Positions 40,201 through 53,900 of a DNA stretch of 64,000 bases are shown piece after piece (positions within the stretch are counted from its first letter, which is position 1; each line of letters starts with the position of its first letter). The position numbers were made by a program, and so were the translations under genes. Where the stretch lies: the NCBI GenBank assembly GCA_002633005.1, contig NMRA01000008.1, forward strand, positions 1,659,620 through 1,723,619. Reading direction: 5' to 3'. This stretch comes from Phoronis australis (Eukaryota; Animalia; Phoronida). Below the pieces are notes generated by a model. The model was not told where the DNA came from and ran no database searches. It saw only the letters and a list, made by a program, of their open reading frames with translations.

Positions 40201-42031
40201 CACATAACATACAAAGAAATAATGACAACCCCAGAAATCGCGAAGCGTTATATCTGGGTTGTAGACAATTCATAAATGAAATTAATATACATAGAGATAT
40301 ATACATTTAAGTAGTATCTAATATAAATATTCCAATAGTAGATATGCTTTTACGAACATATAAAAACAAAAAACATAAGGTGGGTTCAGTTATACTTTCC
40401 AAATTCCTAAAAACGACATGCCGGACCTGTTTTTTCCTTTTTTGGTCATGACGTAATCCACGTTTTATGTACATCCCATCTGACAGATTACGTCGTGAGG
40501 TGCGTATAGAATATCGCAAGGAAACTTGAGTCGGCACCAGATCTGAATCGAAGCCTTAAGCTCATTTGTTCCACCAATCGTCATTACGGTGATGACAAAG
40601 TTAGCATGAAATGGTGACAGCTAATTAAATTATGATTGACATGCAACATTTGATATTAAGAATAAAAGGAAACAGGAATTAAAGCAAATCATTCTTCAAT
40701 TAAGAACACGGTATTTTGTTTCTACAAAACCCAAGTTAAAAAGAAATTTTACTTCATTTTAGAGCGTTAGGTGTCGGGTAAAACAACTGAACTTGCTGTT
40801 ATCGAGTGGAACTACTCGATCTAAATTGATACAAAATATGTTGTTTTTTGGGTGGCATTCTCCTTTAACCATGAAGCTGATATCGAACAAAACAAAGTGA
40901 AATTCTCATCCTTTTAGTGACACGGATCAAAAATGACATTTTCAGTAACTTTTTTGTCTGAATTTGAATTTACTTTACCGTACCAAAAACTGCAGTAGAA
41001 TAAGTCCAACACGGAGATCTCATGTTGTAGTTGTTTTGTACGGTAAAGTTTCTTCAAACCGAACAAAAACAATTCACGATGGGTTGGTTACTAGCTCTTA
41101 ATTTGTAGTGGTTAAACATCTCACTTAATAAGGAGTCGAGTGAACTGATTTTGTGATATTTTATTCGTGATTCGAGAATTCTGTATAAGACGTTGTCGAG
41201 CGCTACATCGGAGGGTTAAACATGCCCCACAGCAAAGTAAGATAAAATAAAGGCAAATGGTGTATCAACATTACAGCCATTAGCTTTCGATCATAATATA
41301 ACCATAGAAAGCAATGAACGGTTAGGCTGCAGCCATTTTGTAGTCCGTAGAAATTAAATGAAGGGTTGTGTCAGGTTTGATGGCTGTGTTGAGGAATGCG
41401 TTGACAGTAATTTCAAGGGAACTGATTTGTTTGTGCTTTTGGATGAAAAAAGCAGTCTTTAGCCGTGACCTACGTTTGATGCAAAATGTTGGTGCAGTTT
41501 GCTTTCAACCCCGGTCGTCTGCTATCTCATAAGCCGGGTGCGTCAAACAGATCAAAATTGCCAAGAAGGCAGGTGGTAGGGGGTGTGCTATGGCCACATA
41601 TTTTAGAATTTAGAAAGAATGAGCATTCTGAGTCTGTAGTCAGACTTTTTTCTAATACTTGCAGGGAAGTGGTAATTTTGGGGAAAAAACTTCCAAATTT
41701 GTATTTTTGGCCCTATTTTTCTACACCGGGATTTGTTTCGATGTGAATTAACCGATTAAAAATCTGTAGCATAATTAAATTTCAGTTATCATGAGTAGTG
41801 CTTGAGAGTTGGAAATGTTTCAAAACCATTTGTTTTTTTTCAGACGTAAGGAAAAGACTCATCTCCATTTAGGTGTACGTCGGCAGCAAAAACCAAAACA
41901 CTGTTAGTAACTGTTGTGTGCCCCATAGCAAACAGGACGTGTTAACTTTCCTTATTTTACGACTTTGACTTTGCGATCGTCGCAAAATGCAGTCAAAACA
42001 CCCACATCGCGTGACACGAGACGTCCCAGGA

Positions 42032-42555
42032 TAATACCCCCGTCACACCAGAGGCGCGGTGCCACCACGGCTTTTAGTCAAAACCGCCATCACCGTAGTG
42101 ACCCCGTCAGTAGTGTTTCATAGTTTTCCCCTACCCGTCACACATGTGTTTTTCTTCGCGCCACGGGATCGCTGTAGGGTCGCCAGTCTACGTTTTCGGC
42201 GATTGCACGGCAGTTGTACTGCGGAAGCAGGGCGGTGATGGAGGTGCTGCTGCCGTCCTTGTACTGTGCCACGGCGGTCACGACGGTGTCGCGGCGATCG
42301 GCACTGCGAATTGGCTCAACCCGCACTGGCACTGCGGAAGTGTTGAACATGTTCAAAGTTTACGCCGTGCCACCGCGAAGGTCCGTGGTTTTGACAGTTT
42401 TCGGCGGTGCTACGGCGATCAATTGCGGAACCACTGCGGAACCACTGCGGAACCACAGCGATCTGCGGAACCACGGCGATCATGGCGGTGCCACTGCGGT
42501 TTATGCCGTACAAGCACCGCAGTGGCACCGCACTTCCAATGTGACGGAGGTATTA
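42032..42555. mobile_element. GC-rich non-autonomous DNA transposon with TIRs of about 39 bp (PIF/Harbinger-like ends, tentative)
   Basis: The left end taatacccccgtcacaccagaggcgcggtgccaccacgg matches the reverse complement of the right end (taatacctccgtcacattggaagtgcggtgccactgcgg). Internal tgcggaaccac repeats. Confidence 0.75.
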
Positions 42556-45117
42556 CAGACATGAACAAAACCATATCCATGAGTCGCTTTTTCTCATATC
42601 CCATGCCAACTTAAGGCTTTATTTATTGTGTGAACTTTTTTCAGCTAATAACCACGAATCCCCACGAAACAATTTACGGTTTTGGGTTCTCTTATTTCTC
42701 ACTGCGTTAACTAACTTGAGGTCTCATGGTCCATAGGTGGCGCTCAACAGTTTTTGTTGATTTTGGGCTTAACATAACAGGCCTTGCAGGTTCAATAGTT
42801 TGTTCCACAGGATATACCAAAGATTTAAAAACACCTTAGAAAAGCCTATTGAAACTGGTTTCAAAGTTAATTTTCTCATCTTTTACAAGTACTGAAAGTG
42901 CAGCAGGCTTCGTAAAAACAAACAAAAATAACCAAAGCAGTTATGTAGTTTTCGTCCCAAAGCCACCGTTTCCACAAGCGATTACTACGAACTGAGAGAC
43001 ATTGCATTCAAACTCCTGAATCTCCTCGTGATGTAAAAATCAGTAAAGTGCGGGGTGTCGACCAGTCAGAATTTGTACGATAAATTTCAACTTACGCTCA
43101 TAAACAGTGAAAGATTTAAGAAAACTCATGACTGAGACAGAAGTCGGCCAAGGAGTCAACAAAGTGACAATCTTTAACGGACTCAAAAATCAAGAAAATG
43201 CCATTCGTAGCCTTCACATGCAGCATAACACGTAAAATGCACCGCCAACCCAGCAAGCGCCAAATCAAACAAGACACAAAATGGGAAATGTTGTATTTCT
43301 GATACACCAAGTATTCATTGCGGGTGAATTTTTCTCGTTCAATATGTACTGCAACTGAATTTTGATGTTGCTACCATGGCATTGTAGATAGATTTTTTGA
43401 CATCGCACTGCTCCCAGGTGAAGTCGTATTAACCGACGTGATCACATGCAGTGGGCAGATTTTCAGTGCGAATTATAGCCGGTTATTCACAAAAGATAAA
43501 CTCCGACATTCCTGCATAGATCCTGATCACCTGAGTATCAACAGATTCTCATTTGGCCTCTCTCGGGATATGGATGGCAAAGTGGAAATGTATTTTGCTC
43601 GGGCCCAGGCAGGGCGGCTTGACAAATTTCCGCATTGTTAGATTAGTGAATGACGCAGTCTCCGCATATAAACTATGGTACCTATGCTAAGTGCAGGTGT
43701 GTGTACACGACAACTGATACAATCTCAGCTAAGAAGTGATCAGAGAAAAGATAATAAGATGAATGCGACTTCGTGGAAAATCTATAGTTACACGGGCAGA
43801 TTGTGCACGAGACATTCATTTAATGCGCTTTTGTCAATTTATGAGATTACAGTTTGTAAATATGTATGGAGTAAATACCTCAACAGATTCAGACTTGATC
43901 ACGTGACCTGTGTAATTACAAGTCCGCAAAGATTTGTGCGCCGACCGGGTCTCGACCTCGGGACTTGGGACTTGTACAATGACAAAGCTGCATTTTTCTC
44001 AATAATAATGTCGTTTTATTTTAATGCAACTGTTGATTTTCTTTGTAAAAATCCCATTTTGACAGTCTTTCGTGCCAAATCGGATCTTTAAAAAATTTCT
44101 GAACATAATTTTGGAGAACATTGCAAAACCTGCATTACCTAAAAGGTTCATTTAAATCAAATCAGCCATTTTTAAAAAAAGATATGACGTTGTGAGTTTG
44201 GCCAAATTTGGACATTTTTTAGGGTTACAGATTACCTTAAAAGAGAAATGCATTTTGAAATAATAGTAATAATAACGAAAAGGTCAAAAGACCAAGTCAT
44301 AAATTTCAGTGAGTACCTGACCTGTGACGGTTTCGCTAACCACAAAAAGCCCCAGTGAAACACGATGTCGACATTGCCACTTCTACAAACCAATTTATAC
44401 TGAATACTGAATAGAAAAGAAAAACGTGTAGGCCAAACTCTTTCAGCACTGTTGAAAACAATTATCAAAAATAACAGTCACAACGTAGTAATGTATAATT
44501 TGAAAATGTATTGTGTATGCCTTGCTAGACACACTTGGGCGCACCTGAGGTTATATTTGGAGTGAGCTGTTCAATAACTCTTGACTAAAATTACTTGCAA
44601 CATACGAGTGCTGCTCAGTGGTATGAGGCCTGCGTGTATTCTCGTGTGACATACCCCGGATGAGAGAGCGGTTACACTGTAGTTGCGCTATCGGATTGGA
44701 CGTACACGCTAATCTTGCAATTCATTCCGACAATGCTGCCTGAAGCCACGGGGTTGCTACAGGTACCCCCGCATCACCGCGAGCAGTTGGTGAACAGTTG
44801 ATAAAGTCAGCTTATCGGAAATTCACAAGGTCGGTGCTCGAATTGATAGGGAAGGGTTGGTGCATCCCTGATCCTCTGTCGTTGTACTGGCTACAAACCT
44901 CTATGTACAGGCACATGTACCGTGTAACGATCGCGCTTCCATCTTTTGGCTTCCCCTGATCCCTAAATCCCTGACTTAAGACTCCTTCTACTGCAGATTA
45001 GTAGGTGTATGTTGTATTTGCCTACCAAACACTGCTGTGTTCAGCTACAGTGCTCTTACCGACTGTATATTTGCAGATGACGTGAGAAATTCGAAGAGCC
45101 AGTAACACGGATTGAAC

Positions 45118-48046
45118 ATGGCTGTGTGCAAGAAGCCGAAGATCTCACTTCTTCTGTACTTTGTCGTTATACTATTCAACTTGTCTTCGTGGATAGACTT
45201 GGACGGCGTTTGGGCCGAGTTACCTATATTGGTGCCTCGTTTGCCAGAGGGATGGGCACTGCCAAGCCAAGTCACAATCTGCTCACAGATTGCCGCAATA
45301 GGACCGTTTATTTACTTCATCGCAAACACTATCAAACCTGGCTTCATCAAGGAATCTGTAGCAATATATACGGTGATTGGCGTAGGATTCACCGGGTGTA
45401 TATTATTGACTGTCTTCTGGGATAAAACAGCGTTCATCGCTGGTCAAGAGAGGAGTGTAGCGTTATTTGTCCTGTCCTTTTTCCTTGCATTTACGGACAA
45501 CACGTCGACAGTGGCATTTCTCTCGTACTTTGCTATACTGCCGGCAGAATACTTGTCGGCGTATTTTGTCGGAGAAGCGCTATGTGGACTCATTCCGTCG
45601 GTCGCATCCTTAATACAAGGAGCCGGAGAGTATGATTGCGTTAACATAACTAAAACAATTACAATGACTAACAGTTCGACAAACCTTACTACCAACACGA
45701 CTGTTTACAGTGTCGAAGCGGTTATGAGGCCGCCTGTATTTTCAGTAAGCGTCTTCTTCGGTCTTCTCGGCATCATTATGGCCACCAGCGGCATTGCGTT
45801 CAGCTTCCTCCATTATCACCCGTGGTTTAAGAAGTTTCACGTGATCGACCCCGAGAGTTTGCCACAGAGAGAGAATGGGAAGACCAACACAGTTCCTTTG
45901 TACCAACACTCGTCCGAGGAAGAAGAAACCCAAGAAGAAAAGTTGGACTGCACAACGGCCTTGTCAGGCGAAGAAAAGACGGACTCGAGAACGAATGGTC
46001 CTCAACAGACGGGCTGCAATGAAAAACCTTTAATGTCTCGCCGACTGTACGCTGGACTTCTACTGCAGTATGGATTCCTACAGTCGTCTAGATACGGGGT
46101 ATTATACAACTTGCAGTCCTACTCCTTACTACCGTACGGTACGTTTTTTAAATAGAAATGCAATCAACGATTTACTAAAATCTGTACATAATACGGATAT
46201 GATGTGCACAAAATTTTCTGTTAAAGCCGTCTGTCAAAAATCAACTGTCCTCACAGCCGTATTTGCTCATTTAAAACAGCGTCATCGCATTCTAACCCTT
46301 TCTTTGAAATGAAATTGGTTACAAAAAACACCGTGACGGCCATAATGTCTTGGCGCCTGAAAGTAACCCGCCGTGCTAAGCAACACAATGGGCGACATCT
46401 GAAGCAATACCTTCGCAAACCCTTGAAGTCATTGCTAACCTGAGAACGGAAGAAGATGAGACCGATTCCTTAATGGCACGTTGCCTTCATCAATAATTGG
46501 GTTTATTGCCTCTTTAAATAGAGAAAATAAGATTGACTTGCACCCCTTTTCCTACAGTGGAAAAATCAAAATTAATGAACTCGCAAGTAGGCGTGACTAG
46601 TCCTTGTGTATTACCCCCTCACTAGTTTTAGGCGAATGTGAAAAAACACCGTTCATTAAAATAAGAGTTTGAAGTTAATAGTTCATTATAAGCGTTGACA
46701 ACAAATAACTAAAACTCATCACTTCGAGATTGACAGCAAATGATCAATACCTGTTATTTTGTAGGACCGATGGCTTATAGTCTAGGCAACCGCCTGACTA
46801 CAGTTATGCAAACGTTGGGATGTATCCTAGCTTTATTCTTCCCAACTCGATCGGTCAAAGTTATAACGACCATTACTCTTGCCGGCACAGTCCCCGCCAT
46901 ATACATAGCAGTATTGGCGCCACTTAGTCCCAATCCACCTCTTAAGGATTCCGACATTGGGATCATTCTCATGGTGAGTTGAAATGCTGGTACTTTTGTG
47001 TAATCAGCCGGGTATTTTGAAATTCATAACTGTATGCGGAATCCAGCTGTAGGTAGTCAGTTATTATCGTTCCTTACTGACGTTAAACTTGAACAACTAT
47101 ATAAAAATTGTTTGGAATCAACCATCAAGTAATGACGCAGTTGCTTCAAGACAATTGTGAGCGACTACACGCTTCATTTCAAATTTGTCGGGTACGGGCC
47201 CATTTTGATTATCATTTCAGTTCCGACCAAATTGTATCACAGTGGAAAATTGAAAATGTTAAAAGTACCAAGCACAAATTTGCTTGGAAATCGTGAAAAA
47301 GCAACTTTCGGGGCCGTTTCATCAAAGGTCCTTCTCACGCTCTTAGCTAAGACAGTTAGTCGTAACTTCGATTTTACCAGCAAAAAGTTTACTAACATGG
47401 CTTGTGAAGACAGCCGTTAAATTCATTGGAAACGAAGCATCACGTTCACAGTCGGTCACAGTCGTCATCAGCTACGACTGGGCATACGACTTTTGATAAA
47501 ATGTACCCCAGCGGCAATTCTTCCAGGGTTCAGAGGGCTTAAATCCCTCACCAATCCATGACTTCGCAAACCAAAAGCACTTTCACCGTGTTTTTGATAG
47601 CCATGGGGCACGTTTTATCAAAGGTTGAATATACGTCAGGTCGTGGCTAGGTATCTTTTTGCTAACGCGATGCTGCGTTTCTATAGAGTGAAACCTATGA
47701 TAAAACGACCCCTGGTGTTCAGAGAAGATACAACAGTGAACACTGGGGTAGGGCACTTTTTACGGACAAACACGCCAGATTTAATACGAAATCAATTTTA
47801 AAAAATTCCCAAGACACTTACCTTTCCAGGCATTTGTTTTTCCAGATTTCTGCGTGGCTTCTGATGTCATTTTTATGGGGATACTGCAAGGTGGGGATAG
47901 CTGTCTTGATGAAAGACCAGGGGAAACGTCACTTGATGATGACAGGGACGGTTGAAGTGGTTTGCATTCTGCTCGCTTCCATCGTCATTTTCGTTCTGGT
48001 TAACATCACTCATTCCTTCAAAGATGCTCCGCAGTGTGAAGGTTGA
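45118..48046 (+). CDS. SLC52 family riboflavin transporter (RFVT/GPR172-like), 476 aa; exons 45118-46138, 46765-46973, 47846-48046
   Basis: Family motifs SSWIDLDGVWAELP, LPEGWALPS, DNTSTVAF, YFVGEALCGLIPS..SLIQG, FSVSVFF, QSYSLLPYG and LSPNPPL. Splice phases 1 and 0 are consistent (1431 nt). Confidence 0.92.
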
Positions 48047-48484
48047 TGTATAACCAGATTGTTACCAACAGGCATATGGCTGTCTAGTCGAATAGTTAAT
48101 GTTACACAGGTGCGGATTTACGATGGTGTTCTTAATCGGCTGTGTTTCTTTGACGAGGAAAATCAAGTGCTCAATTAGTCTGTCCTTGTCAGGTCCTCTT
48201 CTGGTCACGATCTTGGATCCGCACCTGTCATGTGTGGATAGCACCAGTGAGTTTACTCAGAGAGTTTACAAGAGGTTTCGGCTGTTCCCAGCATCCATTA
48301 TCAAATGTTGACCATCAGGTCGGGAACTTTGAACCAGTCGAGATGTCACGTGGTAATTGTCAATCGTTGTAGGTATTCAACACTGTTTGCAACAACAGAA
48401 TAGTGCACTAGTCTAGAAAAACTGTAGCGAACAAAAAGCACATTTATGGTTAGGTATACTACTCATTTATAGTTACTTTTTAGT

Positions 48485-48640
48485 CAGTGCTGTAGTGGGG
48501 CGTAGGCGCACGTAGGCGCAGCCAACCACCTTTTGGCATTTAAACGTAGCGCCTACGCACCGTAACTTTCGTTCAGTGCTCAAGGTGATACGATGGGCTG
48601 TGGGCGCCTATTTACCTCTAATCTTACCACTACAGCACTG
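48485..48640. mobile_element. hAT-type MITE (14-bp TIR, 8-bp TSD)
   Basis: Perfect TIRs cagtgctgtagtgg / ccactacagcactg, flanked on both sides by tttttagt. Confidence 0.85.
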
Positions 48641-49713
48641 TTTTTAGTGTTTTTATGATAAAGGGACACATATTTATTTCCTACATCAACCAAAATCCAA
48701 ATTAAGATCTAGTTTACACGATCCCCACAAAATATGTCTTAATAATACCAGGATGCAAAACAATTTCTATTCCCAAACTGATCATGGCACCAGCAAGCAA
48801 AAGGAAACAGAAGCCCCGTCTTAATAAGGTTGGCTAAACCTACAAAAATTCTCTCTCTAGTCTCATATCAATCACAGGCGAGACCTATTGATGGTAGAAA
48901 TCAACTGGTATCATGGATAGAATTTTGACTTGAGATCCGTTTGTCAGAATCAATCAAATTATTTCCTGATCATGATGACTAGGTGAAAAGAGGGGGTGCC
49001 CCTTTAAAGGGAAATCAGGTTTATGACTGCAAAATGCATTTTTGGTACCAGTATGGAATTGACTGAAGTTATTACAGGTTTGAAGAGAGCTCTATAAAAC
49101 AACGCCAAGAATTGGCGATTTGTTTGAAAATCACCCCCTTAACACAATTTCTTGCCCTTGTCTGCAAGACATTCCCTAAAATCAAGGCTGTAACTACCAA
49201 TTTTGTGTAGAGTGAGAGATCACAGCTTCACCAGAAGTGCATTTGACCACAACCTCCAGGGTTCCAGGTTTTTATACCATGTTGAGGCTTATCTCAGAAA
49301 ATCTTATGTCACCAATAATGTCTCTTAAGACCATGGTCAATATTATATGAACGTAGTTACTTGTGCTCTGTGAACAGTAAGTAGGTCGTGAACTGTAAAT
49401 AGGTCAACTACACACTTTGGAAGATAAGACTCCCATTAAAAAGGTTAAAAGTGTACTGAGGCTGAACCTATGATGTTTCACCAGCACTTATAGTATGTTT
49501 AGAAGAGGGTCTCGGATATACATATATTTTAAACAATAGATAATGACCTTGCAAACGTCAGTTGCAAATTTGAGAATTCGTATAAGTGTCTCTTAGGGTT
49601 AATGTATGTGCAAAAATAATTGAATAAATCCACTGTTTATTCACCAAAACTGAAATTTGATGCACACAACAAGTAATATTAACAGAACTAAATGAGCAAT
49701 ATCATTTAATATA

Positions 49714-50556
49714 CAAGGTGGTCCAAGAAATGCCCTATTTTATATTAACATTTTTCACTATCTTGAGTTTTGACTGCATGCCCGCAATAATCTTTTGGGT
49801 CAAATTGGATAATTTACTGAAAGAAAAAATCATCGCGGCCCACTTTTCCTTAAAACTGTGCTTCTAACATAACAACAACGGAGGTAAAATTTTGGCAGGA
49901 AAAACACCTGATTGAAGAACGACTAAACATTTGGTGGGCAAAATTTCAAGAGACTGGAAATGTAGCAAGTGTTAATAAAGGTCATAGGGGTCGATCTCTT
50001 TCAGTTACAACTCCTAACATTTAAACTTTGCAGAAACGTCGTGAGGAATTGGCAAGAAAATCAAATTGCTGTCTGTCACAAGAAGTTTTGAGGTCATCAG
50101 TTACAAGGATTCTTCAAATGGACCCTTGGCTGTTTCCTTACAAAATACATTTTTTTCAAAAGTATGTTGACCGCAGTAAACTACGAACGACTAGGCATTT
50201 TATCCGGACACGAGCAACAAGACTGAAATGGGGCGGATGGGTCAGTTTTGAAAAGGAAGTGGTTGATGCTGTCAACCCCCATAGGTTGGATTTCTGCCTG
50301 AAAGAGGTCGATGGCAGTGACCGCTTGGTATTTGCTGCACTTCCACTCACTGTCGATCAGATGTAATGTTCCTACCAAAATCTTGCAAGCCCCATCTCGT
50401 GGAAAGGTAGACCTCGATGATATTTATCCATTGCTGCGTACTATAACGTCCAACATGATGCATGTTGAAGTCACACGTATCTCAGGCCTGTTGCCTCGAC
50501 AACCAAAAATATGGAAAATGTTGCAAGACAAAACACGTAACTTTTGGACCACCCTG
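49714..50556 (+). mobile_element. Degenerate, internally deleted Tc1/mariner transposon
   Basis: TIRs caaggtggtccaa / ttggaccaccctg with TA flanks. Remnant transposase N-terminal peptides KFQETGNV...GRSLSVTT and RKS...LSQE...RSSVTRILQMD...FPYKI are interrupted by stops or frameshifts. Confidence 0.75.
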
Positions 50557-50557
50557 T

Positions 50558-50925
50558 AGTGTTCAGGAACCAAAATATGACACAATATAGCACTTTTAGG
50601 CCACAACGCAGCACTCAATGTATGTGTTGCAAGACCACAACAGGGCTTCAGAACAATTTTAAGACCACAATATAGTTCAGGACATTCTGACACCAAATTT
50701 CAATTCTCAGTCTGTAGTGTTTCACGACCAAACCGCTCAGAACTGAAGCCAACACCACAATTTAGCATAAAATGAATTATAGTGTTCCGAGACCATAATC
50801 CATCTTACAACAGAGTAACATGACCGCAGTCCAGTTCAGACTAATGTTCAGAGACCATAATCTGACTCATACTACACTTCCAACATCACAGCTTGGTTCA
50901 GAACAGTGTCCCTAGACCACAAGCA
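50558..50925. repeat. Degenerate minisatellite (period about 31 bp) running from the IMMT 3' region into its last codons
   Basis: Units resembling agtgttc..agaccacaat at about 50558, 50622, 50653, 50717, 50781, 50812, 50844 and 50905. Confidence 0.6.
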
Positions 50926-53900
50926 GCTGCGTGTGTCGTCAGAGCTAACGCGACTTGTCTCGTTTCCAAGAACAGTCGAGCTTCGCGAAGCCAGTCGCTG
51001 GCAACCCTTTTTGACTCTCCTTTAAGCTGGTTCATAAACCGAGTCGCACTTTCTAAATCACCCCTATCCAAGTAATATTTTGCATGTGATAACAACTCAT
51101 ACGTATCCAGTTCTTGCAAGTCGACGCAGTCTTCGGCGTTTTTGTAAATCACTGAGTTAAACATGAGAAACGACTGTAAATAGGACAGGAAGTAATTGAT
51201 CAAAGATGGCGGTTGCTTGTCATCAATCATGCCGACACGTTTACACACCCTGCGCACTTTGTCAAACCTGGCCTTGAGCTGCTCTTCACTAGACACACCC
51301 CGTTCTACGGCTTCCTCAGGGACGGTGTTGATCAGGTAATTGACAAATGGGTGTTCATCACCTGCTTCACGCACTGCCTTCAACACACCAGTCAACCGAA
51401 TCCCACCCAAGCTGCCCTCACCCAATGCTTCCACAAGAGCCTGGCACGACAGCCACAGTTCTTGAGCTTTACGGCCTCTTTTTTCTGCCTCGGCTCGTCC
51501 TGCAAGCGAACAAAGATTTACTGAAATGTTTCACTCAATACCACTGCCAATGCAAGATGACACTTTTGTCTTTGCTTGGTTGTTGTGTGTCTATGTACTA
51601 GCGTGAGTGCGCCTGTGGCATAAAATTCATAACTCAGTGGCGTGGATGGATTTTGACGCAATTAGCAAATAATGGAAATGAATAAAGATCTAATTGTTAG
51701 GTACAATTTAACAGAAGCTAAATTGCAACTGCAGGACTTAAGAAGACAAAAATGTACAAAATGCACCTACAATACACGGGATAAACAGCAATGCATGCTT
51801 ACTTCTCTAAAAATGTTGGTGAAAATCTCCTAAAGGGAGAGATACACTGACAGCTGGAAATATGATAGGAGTTTGCACGGTTTCAAAAACATTAATTATG
51901 GATGAACCGTTACCTTCCACAGCAGCCTCGATGCCCTGTAGCTTTGCCATCGCTGTGCCAACCTCTGACGTGAACTTGGCTCGTTCACTGATGACTGCAG
52001 TCTGCAGGAGCTCTGCATGCTGCTGTTTCAGCTCCCTCTCTTGGACACTCAGGACATCATGGATGTGCTCACTATGGGCAGCTGCCTGCAGAGCCAGCTC
52101 GCGCCTGAGTTCACGCTCAAACTCCTTGCGGGATTCATACGCCTGAGAATGGTAATGCACGATAAACACAGTGATTTGGGTTTTTAAACGGTGCACCAGC
52201 GACTTGAATAAAGATTGACACAATTGTTTCTCGTCACAAATTGGTGAAAATTCACACAGAAAAACTCTTAGTAATTACACTTTTTTCAGTTTTCATCAAT
52301 TTTGTCATATTTTTCATAAAACTAATCTAAACAAAATTTCATCATTTTTTATTCAACCATGAAAACCCAGAAACATCCTAAAATGAGAAAATGTTTACAT
52401 AACGATCAAAAATAATAGCAGACGACAAAACGTAAAATGATACGGTGAAACTTGTAGAAGTCAGAAAACTTGCAAAAATCAGATACAACAGGACTGAAAG
52501 ATTTCAAACAAGTAAAAGGAAATCCGGCTTCTTTGAGAAGCCGAATGCAAAAACTAGAAAAAGTGTACACCGTAACTTTGTCCATGTTAAACAAAAATCC
52601 AGTCTATGCAAGTCGGCTTGTGCAACTTTTACTGTATTCAAATTAAGGAGGAGATTTCAGCACAAACGAATGCGGAGTTGTGACAGTGCTTGCAAATTGA
52701 CAGCTCTACGAATTAAATACATTTAATATAAAGCATGAAAATATTAAAGACCACCTTGAAGGGTAACATACAGTGAATTTGGGGCTACAATACATTTGCG
52801 CATCACAGTGAACATGACAACGCCCTAAAGTGCCAAAGGTAATGAACAGTAACGCATATTACTTAGCATACTGGGCAGTAGTGCAGGACTACCCTGGAGA
52901 CATATTTAGGTGCTTTTAGAAAATAATTTCAGCATTCCTCAAGTCCCATGGCTACACGACGGACCGGGTTATTGCGTTGCTGCAGTAATATGTCTATTAC
53001 CTTGGGACATAATAATTTTATTGCAGTAATATGTCTATTACCTTGGGACATAATGATTTTGTTGCAGAAAATTCATTGAATCAAGAAATAAGTCATGATA
53101 TCATTTCCTATGTTTGTGCTGGGGTCAGAATGGAGGTCATATGTATCATTATTGGCTTAACATACCCCTTCATTCTTAGTTTATCAAGTAGAACAGGAAG
53201 CTATTTGAAAACAGTGCCATACCAACTTCTGCTGCTCCAGTTCCCACTCCCTCCTGTGTCGTTCAACCTCCATCTGAATTTTGGTCTCCAAGGCAGCATT
53301 ACCTTCCTCTGTCTGTTTGTCTAGAGCGGCCTGAAGGTGGAGCTGTTCGGCAGCTCTCTGCTCAGCTAATTGTTTCTGTAACTGCTCGACGCGGCGGTGA
53401 GCGTGTGCCAACAAAGAGTTCAGCTCATCCTCGCTCAGTTTGTTACCTGCGTCAGCAATTGAAGTGTTTCAATTTCATAGCTACGTTGCTGAATAACATT
53501 TGAAAAAAGGAAGGGCACTTTCGTCAAACTGTCCCTTGGTCTTGCGCTTTGGAGTGAGTTAAAGTATTGAAAATAAACAGCTTTCGAGATACAACTGCCA
53601 GGCACGCAAAGCTACCACTTGTGAAAAGTTCAGCATTATCGGTTCATCCCTTATCAAATATGATTACACACAATATACCACAAGGTAATTTCCAAAAATC
53701 CAGGGATGTGTTTCCCAGATGATCAACTCATGTGACTTTCAGACTAACAGTTTCACACATCTACAGTGTGATTCCCAGAACAACACATCAACACTTGTAT
53801 GCTATCGAAATTTACAGAAAAGTCAGAAAACGGGTGTAAAAAGCTCCTTACCAGATTTATCAGCCTGTAAGGTGACGTCAGGCAGTATGCTATCCAAGTC

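Noticed and set aside
42138-42614. Several overlapping ORFs in GC-rich DNA
   Set aside because: They lie within or across a TIR-bounded non-autonomous element and are stop-poor because of GC content.
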